A DNA stretch of 64,000 nucleotides from a virus (IMGVR_UViG_3300013947_000021:128001-192000), one strand, 5' to 3'. Counted from the first letter of the stretch, positions 51,078 to 61,752 are shown. The notes: generated from the letters alone by a model not told the origin. Numbers and translations are program-made.

Positions 51078-51208
51078 AATATTATGAGATGAGCCATGCT
51101 CATCTCATTTTCTTTTTTGAGCATATAATATAATTATGAAGTACAAAGGTACTTTATTATAGCCCTGAAAACTATTTAATAAACTTTTATATTGAAAGGA
51201 ATACAATT

Positions 51209-53443
51209 ATGAATTTTGTAACCAACCAATCAACAGAGCAGCCTACTATCAATATTGAAAACCCTGAAAATTATTGGGTTTATCTTCCTATTCTTCGAGG
51301 TGAAAATATTAATCTCGAAATAGGAGCAATAAATAGAGATAACTGGCAGCATCATTATGATTCTATACTTAATATTTTAAGGGATGCAATTGAAACTGAT
51401 GAAGTTCAACATGCATTTATTTCTATTAAATTTAATGATGGAATCACTCTTGATCTCTCGGTTATGGACTATTTACTCAATCTCATAATGTGGAGTATGC
51501 TTATAAAAACAGCAGTTCCGATTCAGTCTTATCATGTATTCTTTGATGAAGAGATTAAAAAGGATTCTATCAAAGATTATATTGATAAATTTCTTATTAA
51601 TGAATCTCGAAAGAAATATAGCAATAAGGAGTTGAATAATATCATCGATGATGCTCTATATCATTTTCATGATATAGATGAATTCTCTTTATATTTATCC
51701 AATACTGTAAATCTTGAAGATAATGTAGAATTAATGAACAAGAATCCAGAATTCTATGAGTGTATGCATGCAGATCTTTCTCAGGTTCCTCTTGAAGATG
51801 TAAAGTCAGTTGGTATGTCTTATGCAAATAAGGCTATTGATTTAATGAAGCATTCTAAACAGTATCTTGGTTATGATCATTGTCTTGCAGATGCTTGTAG
51901 AGCTGGCGAAGGCATTAACCCTAAACAGTTTAAAGAGTTTACTATAAATATAGGTACTAAGCCTGATGGACGTGGTGGAGTATTTGAAAAACCTATACTT
52001 CATTCTTTCATTAATGGTGGCGTAGATAATCCTGTAGATTATTTTATCGAATCTTCTACAGGTAGAACAGCACAGATTATAAAATATAATAACGTTGGTT
52101 CTTCTGGACACTTTGCTAGGCTTTTAGGTCTTAATAATATGGATTCTCATCTTTGTCATGATTCTCATTATGATTGCGGTAGTACAAACTTTATACAGCT
52201 TACAATCAAAGATAAGAAAATGCTTAAGATGCTTGTAAATCGATATTATAGAACAAATCCTAATGGTATAGAAAATTGTATTAAGAGAACTGATACTCAT
52301 CTTATTGGACAGACTATATATTTAAGATCTCCTATTACTTGTGCATCTGCAGCAAGAGGACAAGGTATATGCTATAAGTGTTATGGCGATCTTGCTTATA
52401 CTGTTTATGATGCAGATATAAATTTTGGAGTTAATATTGGACGAGTTGCATCTGAAACTCTTTCATCTAGTTTAACTCAGAAGCTTCTTTCTGCAAAACA
52501 TCTTCTTGAAACATTTATTGAGAAGATTACTTGGAACCCAGAATTCTATAAGTATTTTGAGCTCGAAGGTAATATAATCAGAACTAATGGTGATATTGAA
52601 GATTCTGATTTAAAGGATCTTAAAATCATTATTAATCCTGATAATATTGCATTGGTAGATGAAGAAGATGATGATCTTTCTTATGATGACGATGATGAGA
52701 AAGGAACTCCACTTTATAATGAATACATTACAGAGTTTGATGTATTAAATGAAGCTAATGGAGAAGTGTCTCATATTTGTAATGATAAGAATGCAAAACT
52801 TTATATATCTTCCGAATTCAATACTGAGATTCGTCGTAAAGCAGAAGCAATAGATACTAGTGTAGCAATATCATTTAATGATATTAAAGATATTACTTTA
52901 TTCATTATGCCTATTGAAAATAATGAATTAAGTAAGACTCTTGATTATCTTAATGATCTTCTTAATAAGAAGAGTACTATTGAGAAATTTAATATTCATG
53001 ATCTTCTTCAGAATATTATAGGAGCAGTTATAGATGGTGGTCTTAATATAGCATCAACTCATCTTGAGGTTATATTGAGCAATCAGTGTAGAGATGCTTC
53101 TAATATATTGGAGAAAGCAAAGTGGTATCTGCATAATCCTGATTATCAGATACTTACTCTTGATCAAGCATTAACTTCTAATCCTTCTGTAACAGTTTCA
53201 CTCAGTTATCAGAAAGTAAAACGTATGCTGTATAATCCTCTTACATTTAAAAAGAATGGTTCATCATTTATGGATTTATTCTTTATGGAACAGCCTCAAT
53301 ATGCTATTAAAGGTATAGAAAAGGATGAGAATAAAGAACCTGAGCATAAACCTGGAGATGTAATTGAGCCTATGATATTCTTTGAGAATCCTAATGGAAT
53401 TACTACAACAGACAGTGAAGATGATGATAGTGATGAAGGTTAA
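51209..53443 (+). CDS. Multisubunit RNA polymerase beta-prime subunit, C-terminal part (probably non-virion RNAP)
   Basis: Bridge-helix-like SSGHFARLL, Zn site RSPITC...GICYKCYG, trigger-loop TQKLLSAKH, HLEVI; preceded by early motif 51124-51140. Confidence 0.85.
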   Translation: MNFVTNQSTEQPTINIENPENYWVYLPILRGENINLEIGAINRDNWQHHYDSILNILRDAIETDEVQHAFISIKFNDGITLDLSVMDYLLNLIMWSMLIKTAVPIQSYHVFFDEEIKKDSIKDYIDKFLINESRKKYSNKELNNIIDDALYHFHDIDEFSLYLSNTVNLEDNVELMNKNPEFYECMHADLSQVPLEDVKSVGMSYANKAIDLMKHSKQYLGYDHCLADACRAGEGINPKQFKEFTINIGTKPDGRGGVFEKPILHSFINGGVDNPVDYFIESSTGRTAQIIKYNNVGSSGHFARLLGLNNMDSHLCHDSHYDCGSTNFIQLTIKDKKMLKMLVNRYYRTNPNGIENCIKRTDTHLIGQTIYLRSPITCASAARGQGICYKCYGDLAYTVYDADINFGVNIGRVASETLSSSLTQKLLSAKHLLETFIEKITWNPEFYKYFELEGNIIRTNGDIEDSDLKDLKIIINPDNIALVDEEDDDLSYDDDDEKGTPLYNEYITEFDVLNEANGEVSHICNDKNAKLYISSEFNTEIRRKAEAIDTSVAISFNDIKDITLFIMPIENNELSKTLDYLNDLLNKKSTIEKFNIHDLLQNIIGAVIDGGLNIASTHLEVILSNQCRDASNILEKAKWYLHNPDYQILTLDQALTSNPSVTVSLSYQKVKRMLYNPLTFKKNGSSFMDLFFMEQPQYAIKGIEKDENKEPEHKPGDVIEPMIFFENPNGITTTDSEDDDSDEG

Positions 53444-53595
53444 GTAATTTAAAAGGGTAGACCAATAATCTACCCTTTTATTTTTTTTGAAATATTAATA
53501 GTTTTTGCATATATATTATAAATATGAATAGTATAGGTTGAATTAGATCCTAATAATTTAACCAAAATCAAATACTATTCAAAAGGAGAAAATAA

Positions 53596-55074
53596 ATGAA
53601 AAAGGACGTTTACGAAAGAGGAGAAATCCTCGAAAACAACAATAATCAGCGAATACTGATTGTTGGCAGAAGCAAGTATGGATACTCTACACTTGCTATA
53701 ACGAACTTCAACTCAAATCAGGATATTCCTGATTTGAAAACCGACTTTGGAGAAGTGCTTCTTGGAGGTATGTTCTTCAAAAACTCGACTATAAGTGAGT
53801 ATTATAGTCTTGTAGGAAGGCTGAGTAAAATTGATTATCTTAGAATAATCGATATAAACTCTGACTTTCAGAAGGGCCTTATTAATCTTGATAATAATGT
53901 TCTTCGATACGATGATTGGACTGATAATGCATCGGTTCAATCCAAATATAGGATGATTAAGACATATCAGAAACCTCTTACATCATCCGAAACCAAACAA
54001 GAAGTATATAATACTTCTAACAATGTTTCTTCTGAGGCAGAAGAATCTTACTCTAATGAAGAGAAGATTAAAAGTGAATCAGTAGAAACAAAAATAGATA
54101 CTTCTATCAAAGTATCTACCAAAATCTCTAAGGCAAATGCATCAATCAAATTGATTGATAATCTGCCGAGAGATAATACATCTGTAAAGGTGTATTATAA
54201 CGATGAGGAAACTCTTAATATTGCAGGTATGTCTGTAAGGGCAATTATGCAAAAATATGGAGTTAAAAATTTCACCGCTATGCAGATGCAAGTTAATGCA
54301 AAAGCATATTGCGGCATTAAGACAACAAGAGTCAGAAAGAATGATTTTGTATCATTCTTTAAAGCTGGCGGAGATATTGAAGATTGGTTAAATGCAAATA
54401 AAAATGCAGACCAATCTACAATATACAATGCAAAGAAATCGTATAAGAATTTTATCAAGAAAGAATCTTCAATTAAAATAGAAGGTTCTTCAATTGAGAA
54501 CGTTCTTGATAATCTTCCTTTGAAGGATATTGCCGCTCTTTGCAGTTTAATATCAGATGAGGAAGAAACCAAAGTTAGAGAAATCTATAAGTCGCAGATT
54601 CCAGCGGCTATAGATTTCAAGACTAAAGATAATATGGATTTTATAAATCAATATTATCTTTCGAAGTCAATATACTATCAGGCAGGAATCGATCCTGTAG
54701 TAGCATTTGACTCTGTCGACACGATGATTTCATATTATAACAATACGAAATCAAAACTCAACAATATCATTCAGGAATTAATTAAATTCTTGAGTGAATT
54801 ATCTCCGTACTACATTAAGTACTGGAATAGGCATATTGATATCTCCAATAAGGTATTAACAATACCAGAATTGGATGATACTCAAATGCATGCCCTCTGG
54901 TATTTAGTATCGTCGAGATATACCAATAGAATGTCCTTTGAAGGTTCATCGAAGGAGAAAGAGCTTCTTACTTGTAGTGGTACTACAATAGAAGCTGTAT
55001 TATACTTCGGTATAACTCCTGAAAAGTTTTCAAGGCGTAAAACTAGTTATGCCGCAAGATTCCTTAAGAGCTAA
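53596..55074 (+). CDS. Early protein, N-terminus resembles the PemK/MazF fold
   Basis: YERGEI...QRILIV...TLAIT...VGRLSKIDYLRI; early motif 53512-53528; own terminator 55081-55115. Confidence 0.45.
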   Translation: MKKDVYERGEILENNNNQRILIVGRSKYGYSTLAITNFNSNQDIPDLKTDFGEVLLGGMFFKNSTISEYYSLVGRLSKIDYLRIIDINSDFQKGLINLDNNVLRYDDWTDNASVQSKYRMIKTYQKPLTSSETKQEVYNTSNNVSSEAEESYSNEEKIKSESVETKIDTSIKVSTKISKANASIKLIDNLPRDNTSVKVYYNDEETLNIAGMSVRAIMQKYGVKNFTAMQMQVNAKAYCGIKTTRVRKNDFVSFFKAGGDIEDWLNANKNADQSTIYNAKKSYKNFIKKESSIKIEGSSIENVLDNLPLKDIAALCSLISDEEETKVREIYKSQIPAAIDFKTKDNMDFINQYYLSKSIYYQAGIDPVVAFDSVDTMISYYNNTKSKLNNIIQELIKFLSELSPYYIKYWNRHIDISNKVLTIPELDDTQMHALWYLVSSRYTNRMSFEGSSKEKELLTCSGTTIEAVLYFGITPEKFSRRKTSYAARFLKS

Positions 55075-55186
55075 TTAAATAATTACCCATATGGATTAAT
55101 TTCCATATGGGTAATTTCATTTTAGTCACATTTTATTTTTTGCTTAACTTTTACTTAATTAATATAATACGGAGGTATAATTTTAT

Positions 55187-56002
55187 ATGAGTAGCTTTAA
55201 TTCAAATTTTATGGCTTATAATATTGTAACTGAAAATGAACTTTCTCAGGTTTTATCTCAATATGATACTAATTATGTAATTGACGTGGTTGAAGATGCA
55301 ATGAAGAGTAGATACAATGAGGTTCCGATTGTATCTACTCGTCCTAATGTTGTATATGCATGGGAACAGAATTTCAGAGGTTATCAGGCTTATTATGGAT
55401 CTGATTCTGCTGCTCAAATTGCTGAGGTAAGAACTGAAACTTATAATGAAATTATTTCTACAATTTGTAAAGAATTTAATCTTAATTTTACTATAGATGA
55501 TACTATAGATCTTTATTCTGCAGCTTCATATCTTTATGATTTTCTTGTATGTAAGTTTAGTGATAATATGGTTTCTTTCTTTGCTAATTATATCTGTAAA
55601 GAAAAGAATACTATATTTGATGCACTTAATATGAATGAGCTTAGAAAGAATAAAGATACTTCTACTATTTATAATAAAAAGATTTATAAAGATAATAAGC
55701 TTGCCATTATTAATGCAAATATAGATATGGCTCTTAGCTATATTTCTTCTATCGATATTCCTTTCTATACTATAGTATATACTATTTTTGGTACTAATTC
55801 AGATGTAGCAAATTATATTCTTTCTATCATATCTTCTGAAGATAATGATTTTTATCATAGAGCTTATACTGATCTTCTTAATACAGATATTAGAGCTGAG
55901 ATTATTACTGCTATTAGAATTAAGATCAATGATATTGCTGTTTCTCATGAAATGATTAATAATATCGAAGATATTACTAGTAAGACATCAGATGATGAGT
56001 AA
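55187..56002 (+). CDS. Hypothetical protein (late-type promoter)
   Basis: 271 aa; AACT-TTTACT-TA 55146-55157; GGAGGT SD. Confidence 0.7.
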   Translation: MSSFNSNFMAYNIVTENELSQVLSQYDTNYVIDVVEDAMKSRYNEVPIVSTRPNVVYAWEQNFRGYQAYYGSDSAAQIAEVRTETYNEIISTICKEFNLNFTIDDTIDLYSAASYLYDFLVCKFSDNMVSFFANYICKEKNTIFDALNMNELRKNKDTSTIYNKKIYKDNKLAIINANIDMALSYISSIDIPFYTIVYTIFGTNSDVANYILSIISSEDNDFYHRAYTDLLNTDIRAEIITAIRIKINDIAVSHEMINNIEDITSKTSDDE

Positions 56003-56034
56003 TTATTAAAATTTAATGAAAGGATAATAAAGCA

Positions 56035-56478
56035 ATGAGCAATACTAAAAAATATGTAATAAATACTAAAAATATTTTTGGATTAGAAAAATTTTTGCAT
56101 ATTAGTAAAGATAAATTAGAAGTTCCAGATGATTATTATAGTGATAAAGATGCATGGGATATGATAAATGAAGCGGCACATTTTAGTAACGATCTTTGTA
56201 CACTTAAATTATTATATCCTCATGCAAATTATAAAGATATTCTTATTGCATCATTTCAGGCTAATCCCAAATTACTAGCTTATATTTTGAGCATGTTTAA
56301 AATTTGTAAATCTGAAGGAAATCCAATTGATGCAGATACAATAAATAATTGGATGGCTGAAGCTACAGTAGTAGATGGATCAGCTAATAAAGAATTACTT
56401 GCTAATTCATCAATTATCGATAATAAGTTTCCTAGCAAATCTAATAAGTCATATATACAGAAGGAGATAACAAAATGA
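56035..56478 (+). CDS. Hypothetical protein
   Basis: 147 aa; GAAAGGA SD; initiation region matched by both 38.3-38.7 kb RNAs. Confidence 0.7.
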   Translation: MSNTKKYVINTKNIFGLEKFLHISKDKLEVPDDYYSDKDAWDMINEAAHFSNDLCTLKLLYPHANYKDILIASFQANPKLLAYILSMFKICKSEGNPIDADTINNWMAEATVVDGSANKELLANSSIIDNKFPSKSNKSYIQKEITK

Positions 56479-57503
56479 GTGAAGAAAATAAGACTATTCT
56501 TACAGATGAACAGCTTGATAAAGTATGTGAAACTGCAGCAGCTTGTAGAATTCCAGATAATGATATAGAATATAGACCTGAAGATAATAATATTGCAGAA
56601 GAAATAACTGATACAAATACTGATAATATAAATAATCTTGATTCTATGTATGATAGTGAGGATTTTATCAAGATTTTTGATGTAGTTAAGCATCTAGATG
56701 ATCCTAATTATAAAGTATATAAGAATCTTCCTACATGTTTCCAGGATACTGTTAGAAATATTGCTACAGAACAGAATATTTCTATTGAGCATTGGGAAGA
56801 TGTTGCAAGAGAATTTGCATCTAAATTTAAAGATTATGCAAATGCAGATGATGAATTTGATAAACTTCAGAAAGAATTATCCGAAGCTCTTAAAGTTCCT
56901 TCTGTAATGGATATTTATAATGAGCATACTGAAGAAGTTATGAATAAGAATATTCCTGAACTTATTGAGAAGCTTAAGGATAGTGATCCTGATAAGGCTG
57001 ATCAGCTTGCTAAGGTAAAAGAAATGTATACTAAAGCATTTGATTTTTCTATAGCAAGAGAAAAGTATGATAATAATAGTAGAATTAGAAAGGCTGTAAG
57101 AAGATATAATAATGACTTTAATTCAAAGATAGATTATTATAATTCTAGAGTTCTTCATACAGATTTTAAGATGCATAACGCTATGGATGCATATAATGCA
57201 CTAGTTTCTACTCTTATAAATCATACTAATCATAATTATACTGAAGTAGATGCTAAGAAGTTTATGATCTATATTCTTGCATCTACTGAAGATCTTGATT
57301 TTACAAATATTGCAGATGAATCTTATGCATATTATCTTATAAAAAATATTGCAATGCTTAAATATCTTGGTGAAGGTTTGACTGATTTCTCCTCGCAACT
57401 TATTAGTAATATATGTGATAATATAGAATATATTACTAATAAGGAGGATGAATCTAATGCATCTCTGCAGAACAAATCAAAGTCTGGGTGCTGTAGGAAC
57501 TGA
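56475..57503 (+). CDS. Hypothetical acidic helical protein
   Basis: 342 aa; AAGGAG SD; ATGA coupling. Confidence 0.7.
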   Translation: MSEENKTILTDEQLDKVCETAAACRIPDNDIEYRPEDNNIAEEITDTNTDNINNLDSMYDSEDFIKIFDVVKHLDDPNYKVYKNLPTCFQDTVRNIATEQNISIEHWEDVAREFASKFKDYANADDEFDKLQKELSEALKVPSVMDIYNEHTEEVMNKNIPELIEKLKDSDPDKADQLAKVKEMYTKAFDFSIAREKYDNNSRIRKAVRRYNNDFNSKIDYYNSRVLHTDFKMHNAMDAYNALVSTLINHTNHNYTEVDAKKFMIYILASTEDLDFTNIADESYAYYLIKNIAMLKYLGEGLTDFSSQLISNICDNIEYITNKEDESNASLQNKSKSGCCRN

Positions 57504-58773
57504 AGTTAAATTCAATGGTGTTCAGACAGTAACTTCAGAACTTGGTGAATATCTCAAGATTTCTTTTTTTAATCCTAGTACTAATAAGACCAGTAGTATT
57601 AGTGTTTTTCCTGGTCTAGAATATATAATTGCTTATTATGATATAGGAACTAATTCAACTCGACAGATTACTGGTTTGGTTACTAAGATATATAGTGATC
57701 AGATTAGGGTTAAAGTAGCTCCTACTGATAATGATACTAAAATTACATGTAATAAAGATAATTGCTCTACTTGTAGCAATTATTCTGCTTGTCTTGAAGC
57801 TGGTAAATTTAGTAATAATACCACAAATGATACTACATCATTAGCAGCTTGTAATTGTATATTCAATCCTCCAAATATAGATAAATATGATGAACCTAAA
57901 GTTATATTCGTTCCTGTACAGAATATTATTGCAATAAATTATGTAAAAGGAAATTGTGAATGTAATAATGGTTCAAATAATAATACTAATACTGGAGAGG
58001 AGAATATTAGAGTTATGCTATTAGGTATTACTGCAGATATAGTCAAAGCTATAGTAATTAGACTTGACTTTATTGAAGAAAATCTCGATGAGGCTCTTAA
58101 ATATGTAGAACTTCATACTGGTGGTATATATGATCTTACCTATGTAACTAGAGATAATAGTTGCATGAATGGAGGAACTTGTGGATATACTACTTATCAG
58201 TCTAGAGTAAAGCTTATGGAAATACAGGAAATTGATGATGAAAGTTGTCCTTGTAATACTAAGGCAGGATATGTAAGGGAGCATGTAGGTTGTTATAATG
58301 CTGTCTATACTTCTTGTCATCATGATAAGGATGATTTTATGAAAGCTGATCCTGTAAGAAAGATTAGACTTATAGTAGATACTTCTGAAACATTTGAAGG
58401 TAGATATGAGTCTATTATGCTTGATTGTGTTAGAGATTGTACTGAAGTTGATGAAATGGGTAATCCTAAACCATTTATCGAATATGATGATATTTGTAAG
58501 TGCTGTCCTCATAAATGTGAAGGATGTAATCCTGAATCTTGTGGGCATCATGATACTCCTGGTCAGGGTGGCTCCTCAGATCCTACAGTTCCTGCACCTG
58601 GAGATTCTTCATCTTGTGGATGTGGTCCTACAAAGACTTATGAGTACAGTTATACTGATGCAGATAATTCATATAAAGCAAGTGTAACTGGTGAATCTGT
58701 TGTACTTACTATTAAGGGTGCTGATACAAAGCTTACTCTTGATGAACTTATTAAGTATTATTTAGGATTATAA
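57457..58773 (+). CDS. Cysteine-rich protein with duplicated beta domain
   Basis: Start 57457 after AAGGAGG; multiple CxxC/CxC clusters. Confidence 0.65.
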   Translation: MHLCRTNQSLGAVGTEVKFNGVQTVTSELGEYLKISFFNPSTNKTSSISVFPGLEYIIAYYDIGTNSTRQITGLVTKIYSDQIRVKVAPTDNDTKITCNKDNCSTCSNYSACLEAGKFSNNTTNDTTSLAACNCIFNPPNIDKYDEPKVIFVPVQNIIAINYVKGNCECNNGSNNNTNTGEENIRVMLLGITADIVKAIVIRLDFIEENLDEALKYVELHTGGIYDLTYVTRDNSCMNGGTCGYTTYQSRVKLMEIQEIDDESCPCNTKAGYVREHVGCYNAVYTSCHHDKDDFMKADPVRKIRLIVDTSETFEGRYESIMLDCVRDCTEVDEMGNPKPFIEYDDICKCCPHKCEGCNPESCGHHDTPGQGGSSDPTVPAPGDSSSCGCGPTKTYEYSYTDADNSYKASVTGESVVLTIKGADTKLTLDELIKYYLGL

Positions 58774-58852
58774 AATTATACCCTGTCCCTACAAGGACAG
58801 GGTTATTCTTTCGCATAACTATTTAATAAATTATTAAAATGGAGGTGTAAAT

Positions 58853-59683
58853 ATGCCTATAATTTCTGCAGAAGTTATTGATAGTAAGAATTATAGAGTG
58901 ACTGTAACATTAGGTCATGGTGCTCTTGAAAATCTTGTAATAACTCCAGATGGCTTATATTCTATATTTTATATAAGAAATGGTTGTAGTCTTAACTTTA
59001 CTGGTAAAATTCCAAATATAGTTTGTAATAGAGCTATACCCCAGAATAGTTATGTACTCTTTGATCATTCCGAAGATAATTCTAATAAGAAAGAGAGAAT
59101 TCTTTTTTCGCAGATTCAGTATATCAAAGATATTACCCCAAATGATGCATATCGAATTGCACTCGATCATGGATTTGTTGGTACTGTTGAAGATTGGCTT
59201 GAGTCAATGCGTGGCGCGCCTGGAAAAGATAATTATGAAATAGCTGTTGAGTGTGGTTATACTGGTACAAGACAGCAGTGGATTGAAGAAACCCGCGGTA
59301 TGCAGGGATTCTCTGCATATGATATTGCTGTTAAGAATGGTTTTGTTGGTACAGAGGAGCAGTGGCTTAATAGTCTTAAGGGTGCTTCTGCTTATCAGCT
59401 TGCTGTTAAGAATGGTTATACTGGTACAGAAGAAGAGTGGCTTAATAGTCTTAACGGAGCCGATGGTAAATCTGCGTTTGAAATAGCTGTAACTAATGGA
59501 TTTGAAGGGTCAGAAGAAGATTGGCTTAAATCTCTTAAGGGTAAGAGTTCATATGAGCTTGCAGTAGCTAATGGATTTACTGGATCTGAAAAAGAATGGC
59601 TTGAAGATATTGGTGATAATACTGAGCTCAGACAGCGTGTTGCTAATATTGAATCTGTCCTTAACTGGATTCCTACTATGTAA
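58853..59683 (+). CDS. Tail/baseplate-associated repeat protein
   Basis: Six repeats of SAYxxAVxNGFxGTExxWLxSL; promoter 58817-58828. Confidence 0.7.
   Translation: MPIISAEVIDSKNYRVTVTLGHGALENLVITPDGLYSIFYIRNGCSLNFTGKIPNIVCNRAIPQNSYVLFDHSEDNSNKKERILFSQIQYIKDITPNDAYRIALDHGFVGTVEDWLESMRGAPGKDNYEIAVECGYTGTRQQWIEETRGMQGFSAYDIAVKNGFVGTEEQWLNSLKGASAYQLAVKNGYTGTEEEWLNSLNGADGKSAFEIAVTNGFEGSEEDWLKSLKGKSSYELAVANGFTGSEKEWLEDIGDNTELRQRVANIESVLNWIPTM
59140..59610 (+). repeat. Intragenic tandem repeats (about 25-28 aa unit)
   Basis: GCTGTTAAGAATGGTT...GGTACAGA.GA..AGTGGCTTAATAGTCTTAA recurs at DNA level. Confidence 0.8.
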
Positions 59684-59823
59684 TTATAACTAACCCTTAT
59701 GAAAAATCATAAGGGTTAAATTTTAAGAAAATTTTTAAACACCTACTATTTTTAATGAGAACTTATTAAGTAAAGAGTTTTATATTTTAAAATTCTAAAT
59801 TTTATAATAGGAGGAATTTAACT

Positions 59824-61752
59824 ATGCTTATGCAATGGCATATAGTCACATCTGCTGTATATAAGGCTGGTACGCCGGTAGATGGTGACATGTATTTCAT
59901 TAGCGATACCCATGAAATTTATCGTGGTGCAGTACCATTCACAGAATCTGTTGTAATGTATACTGATCTCCCGGTAGATGGTATTGCAAAGAATAGACTG
60001 TATATTAATTCCACCACGCTTGAAGGTAAGATCCATGATGGCACTGAGTGGAAGACTGTAATCAGACCTATTGACGCAACTGTTACTGCTGATGGCATTA
60101 ATGCTGTTTCTGGTAAGGCAGTTGCTGCATATGTTGCTGCAGAGATTGCTAAGGTTACTGCTAGCGGAGACGTTGTTAGTAAGCTTGCATGGGATTCTGC
60201 TGAGCATATGCTTACGGTTACTAAGGGATCTAATGAGAGTGAGAATATCACTTTCACTGGTCTTGGTGTAAACCTTGACTATGAAGCTGCTACTGGTAAC
60301 CTTCAGCTTACTGATGCTGCAGGTAACAAGATTGGTGATCCGATTAAGCTCGATCTTGAGCGTTTCGTAAAGTCTGCTGAGTATATTGCAGCAGATAAAA
60401 CTATCGTTCTTTACTTCGATGATGAGAAGAAGGATTCTATCTCGATTCCTGTTGGAGATCTTGTTGATACCTATACTGCTGAAGCTGCAGATAAGTCTCT
60501 TGAGCTTTCCGTTGCTGAAGGTAATGTAATTAAGGGTAAGGTTAAGATTTCCACTAAGAATGGTAATATTCTTACTCTTAATGATGATGGTCTTTATGTA
60601 GCAGCTCCTGATATCACTGGTAAGATGGATAAGGTTACCGATGGTGTAACTGGAAACATCCTTACTCTTGGTGCAGATGGTCAGGCAGTTGACTCTGGTA
60701 AGACCTTTAGCGATCTTGCATCAAATAATAAGATTTATAAGGGTGCAACTCTTGAAGAGGCTGTAACTGGCAATACTCCTATTAAGGGTGACGTTGCTAT
60801 TATTAGCAATAAGATTGGTAGTTCAGACAAGGTTGAGCGCAAGGCATATATCCATGATGGTGAAACCTGGCTCCCGATGACCGAGTACTATAATGCCGCT
60901 AATGTCATTTTCCCTGAGAATCTTAAGACTACTTATGCAATGGGTAATATTACCCTTACTAATGGTCAGGCTGAAATTAATAGTACGGGTAAGAGCTATC
61001 TCGATACCTGGAACATGATCTGGGTTAAGGAGAAGCAGCCTACTGTTACTCAGCCGTCTGTTTCTGTAACTCTTAACCAGGCTAAGGCATATGAGGTTGG
61101 TACTTCGGTAACTCCGTCTTATTCTGCTTCGCTCAATCCTGGTAAGTATGAGTTTAACCCGAATAATGGTGCTACTGGTATTACTGCTTCCAGTTGGGAG
61201 ATTAGTGATACTGCTGGTCATACTGCTACTACTAATACTGGCACGTTTGATGCTATTACTGTAGCAGATGGCATGAATTATAGCATTACTGCTAAGGCTA
61301 ACTATGAGGATTCTCCGAATGCTCCGCTTACCAACCTTAGTAATGCAGCAGATGCTTCGAAGAAGATTCTTGCTGGTTCTAAGTCTGCAACTTCTGGTAA
61401 GATCACTGGTTTCAGAAATAGTTTCTATGGAACTATTACTGAAGCTAATGATACTCCTGCTAGTGCAGATATTCGTAAACTTACAGCTTCTGGCAAGGCA
61501 CTTGCAAAGGGTGCTAAGATTAACTTGACTATTTCTAATACTGCAAAGAGAATTATTATTGCAATTCCTGCAACTCTTGGTGGTGTAGTGGTCACATATG
61601 ATGAAGGTATGGGAGCAGATGTTACGGCATCGTTTGCAGCTACTCAGGTAGATGTTGAAGGTGCTAATGGCTATACTGCAGCTGCATATAAGGTATATGT
61701 TGCTCCTGCTGCATATTCGGGCACAGTTCATTATACTGTGGTAATTCAGTAA
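59824..61752 (+). CDS. Tail fibre / virion appendage protein
   Basis: 642 aa, T/A/G-rich, highly-expressed codon bias; N-terminus paralogous to the 63468 ORF. Confidence 0.6.
   Translation: MLMQWHIVTSAVYKAGTPVDGDMYFISDTHEIYRGAVPFTESVVMYTDLPVDGIAKNRLYINSTTLEGKIHDGTEWKTVIRPIDATVTADGINAVSGKAVAAYVAAEIAKVTASGDVVSKLAWDSAEHMLTVTKGSNESENITFTGLGVNLDYEAATGNLQLTDAAGNKIGDPIKLDLERFVKSAEYIAADKTIVLYFDDEKKDSISIPVGDLVDTYTAEAADKSLELSVAEGNVIKGKVKISTKNGNILTLNDDGLYVAAPDITGKMDKVTDGVTGNILTLGADGQAVDSGKTFSDLASNNKIYKGATLEEAVTGNTPIKGDVAIISNKIGSSDKVERKAYIHDGETWLPMTEYYNAANVIFPENLKTTYAMGNITLTNGQAEINSTGKSYLDTWNMIWVKEKQPTVTQPSVSVTLNQAKAYEVGTSVTPSYSASLNPGKYEFNPNNGATGITASSWEISDTAGHTATTNTGTFDAITVADGMNYSITAKANYEDSPNAPLTNLSNAADASKKILAGSKSATSGKITGFRNSFYGTITEANDTPASADIRKLTASGKALAKGAKINLTISNTAKRIIIAIPATLGGVVVTYDEGMGADVTASFAATQVDVEGANGYTAAAYKVYVAPAAYSGTVHYTVVIQ

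Noticed and set aside
59140-59610. Regularly spaced DNA repeats as a possible CRISPR array or DGR repeat
   Set aside because: In-frame degenerate protein repeats; no unique spacers, cas genes or reverse transcriptase
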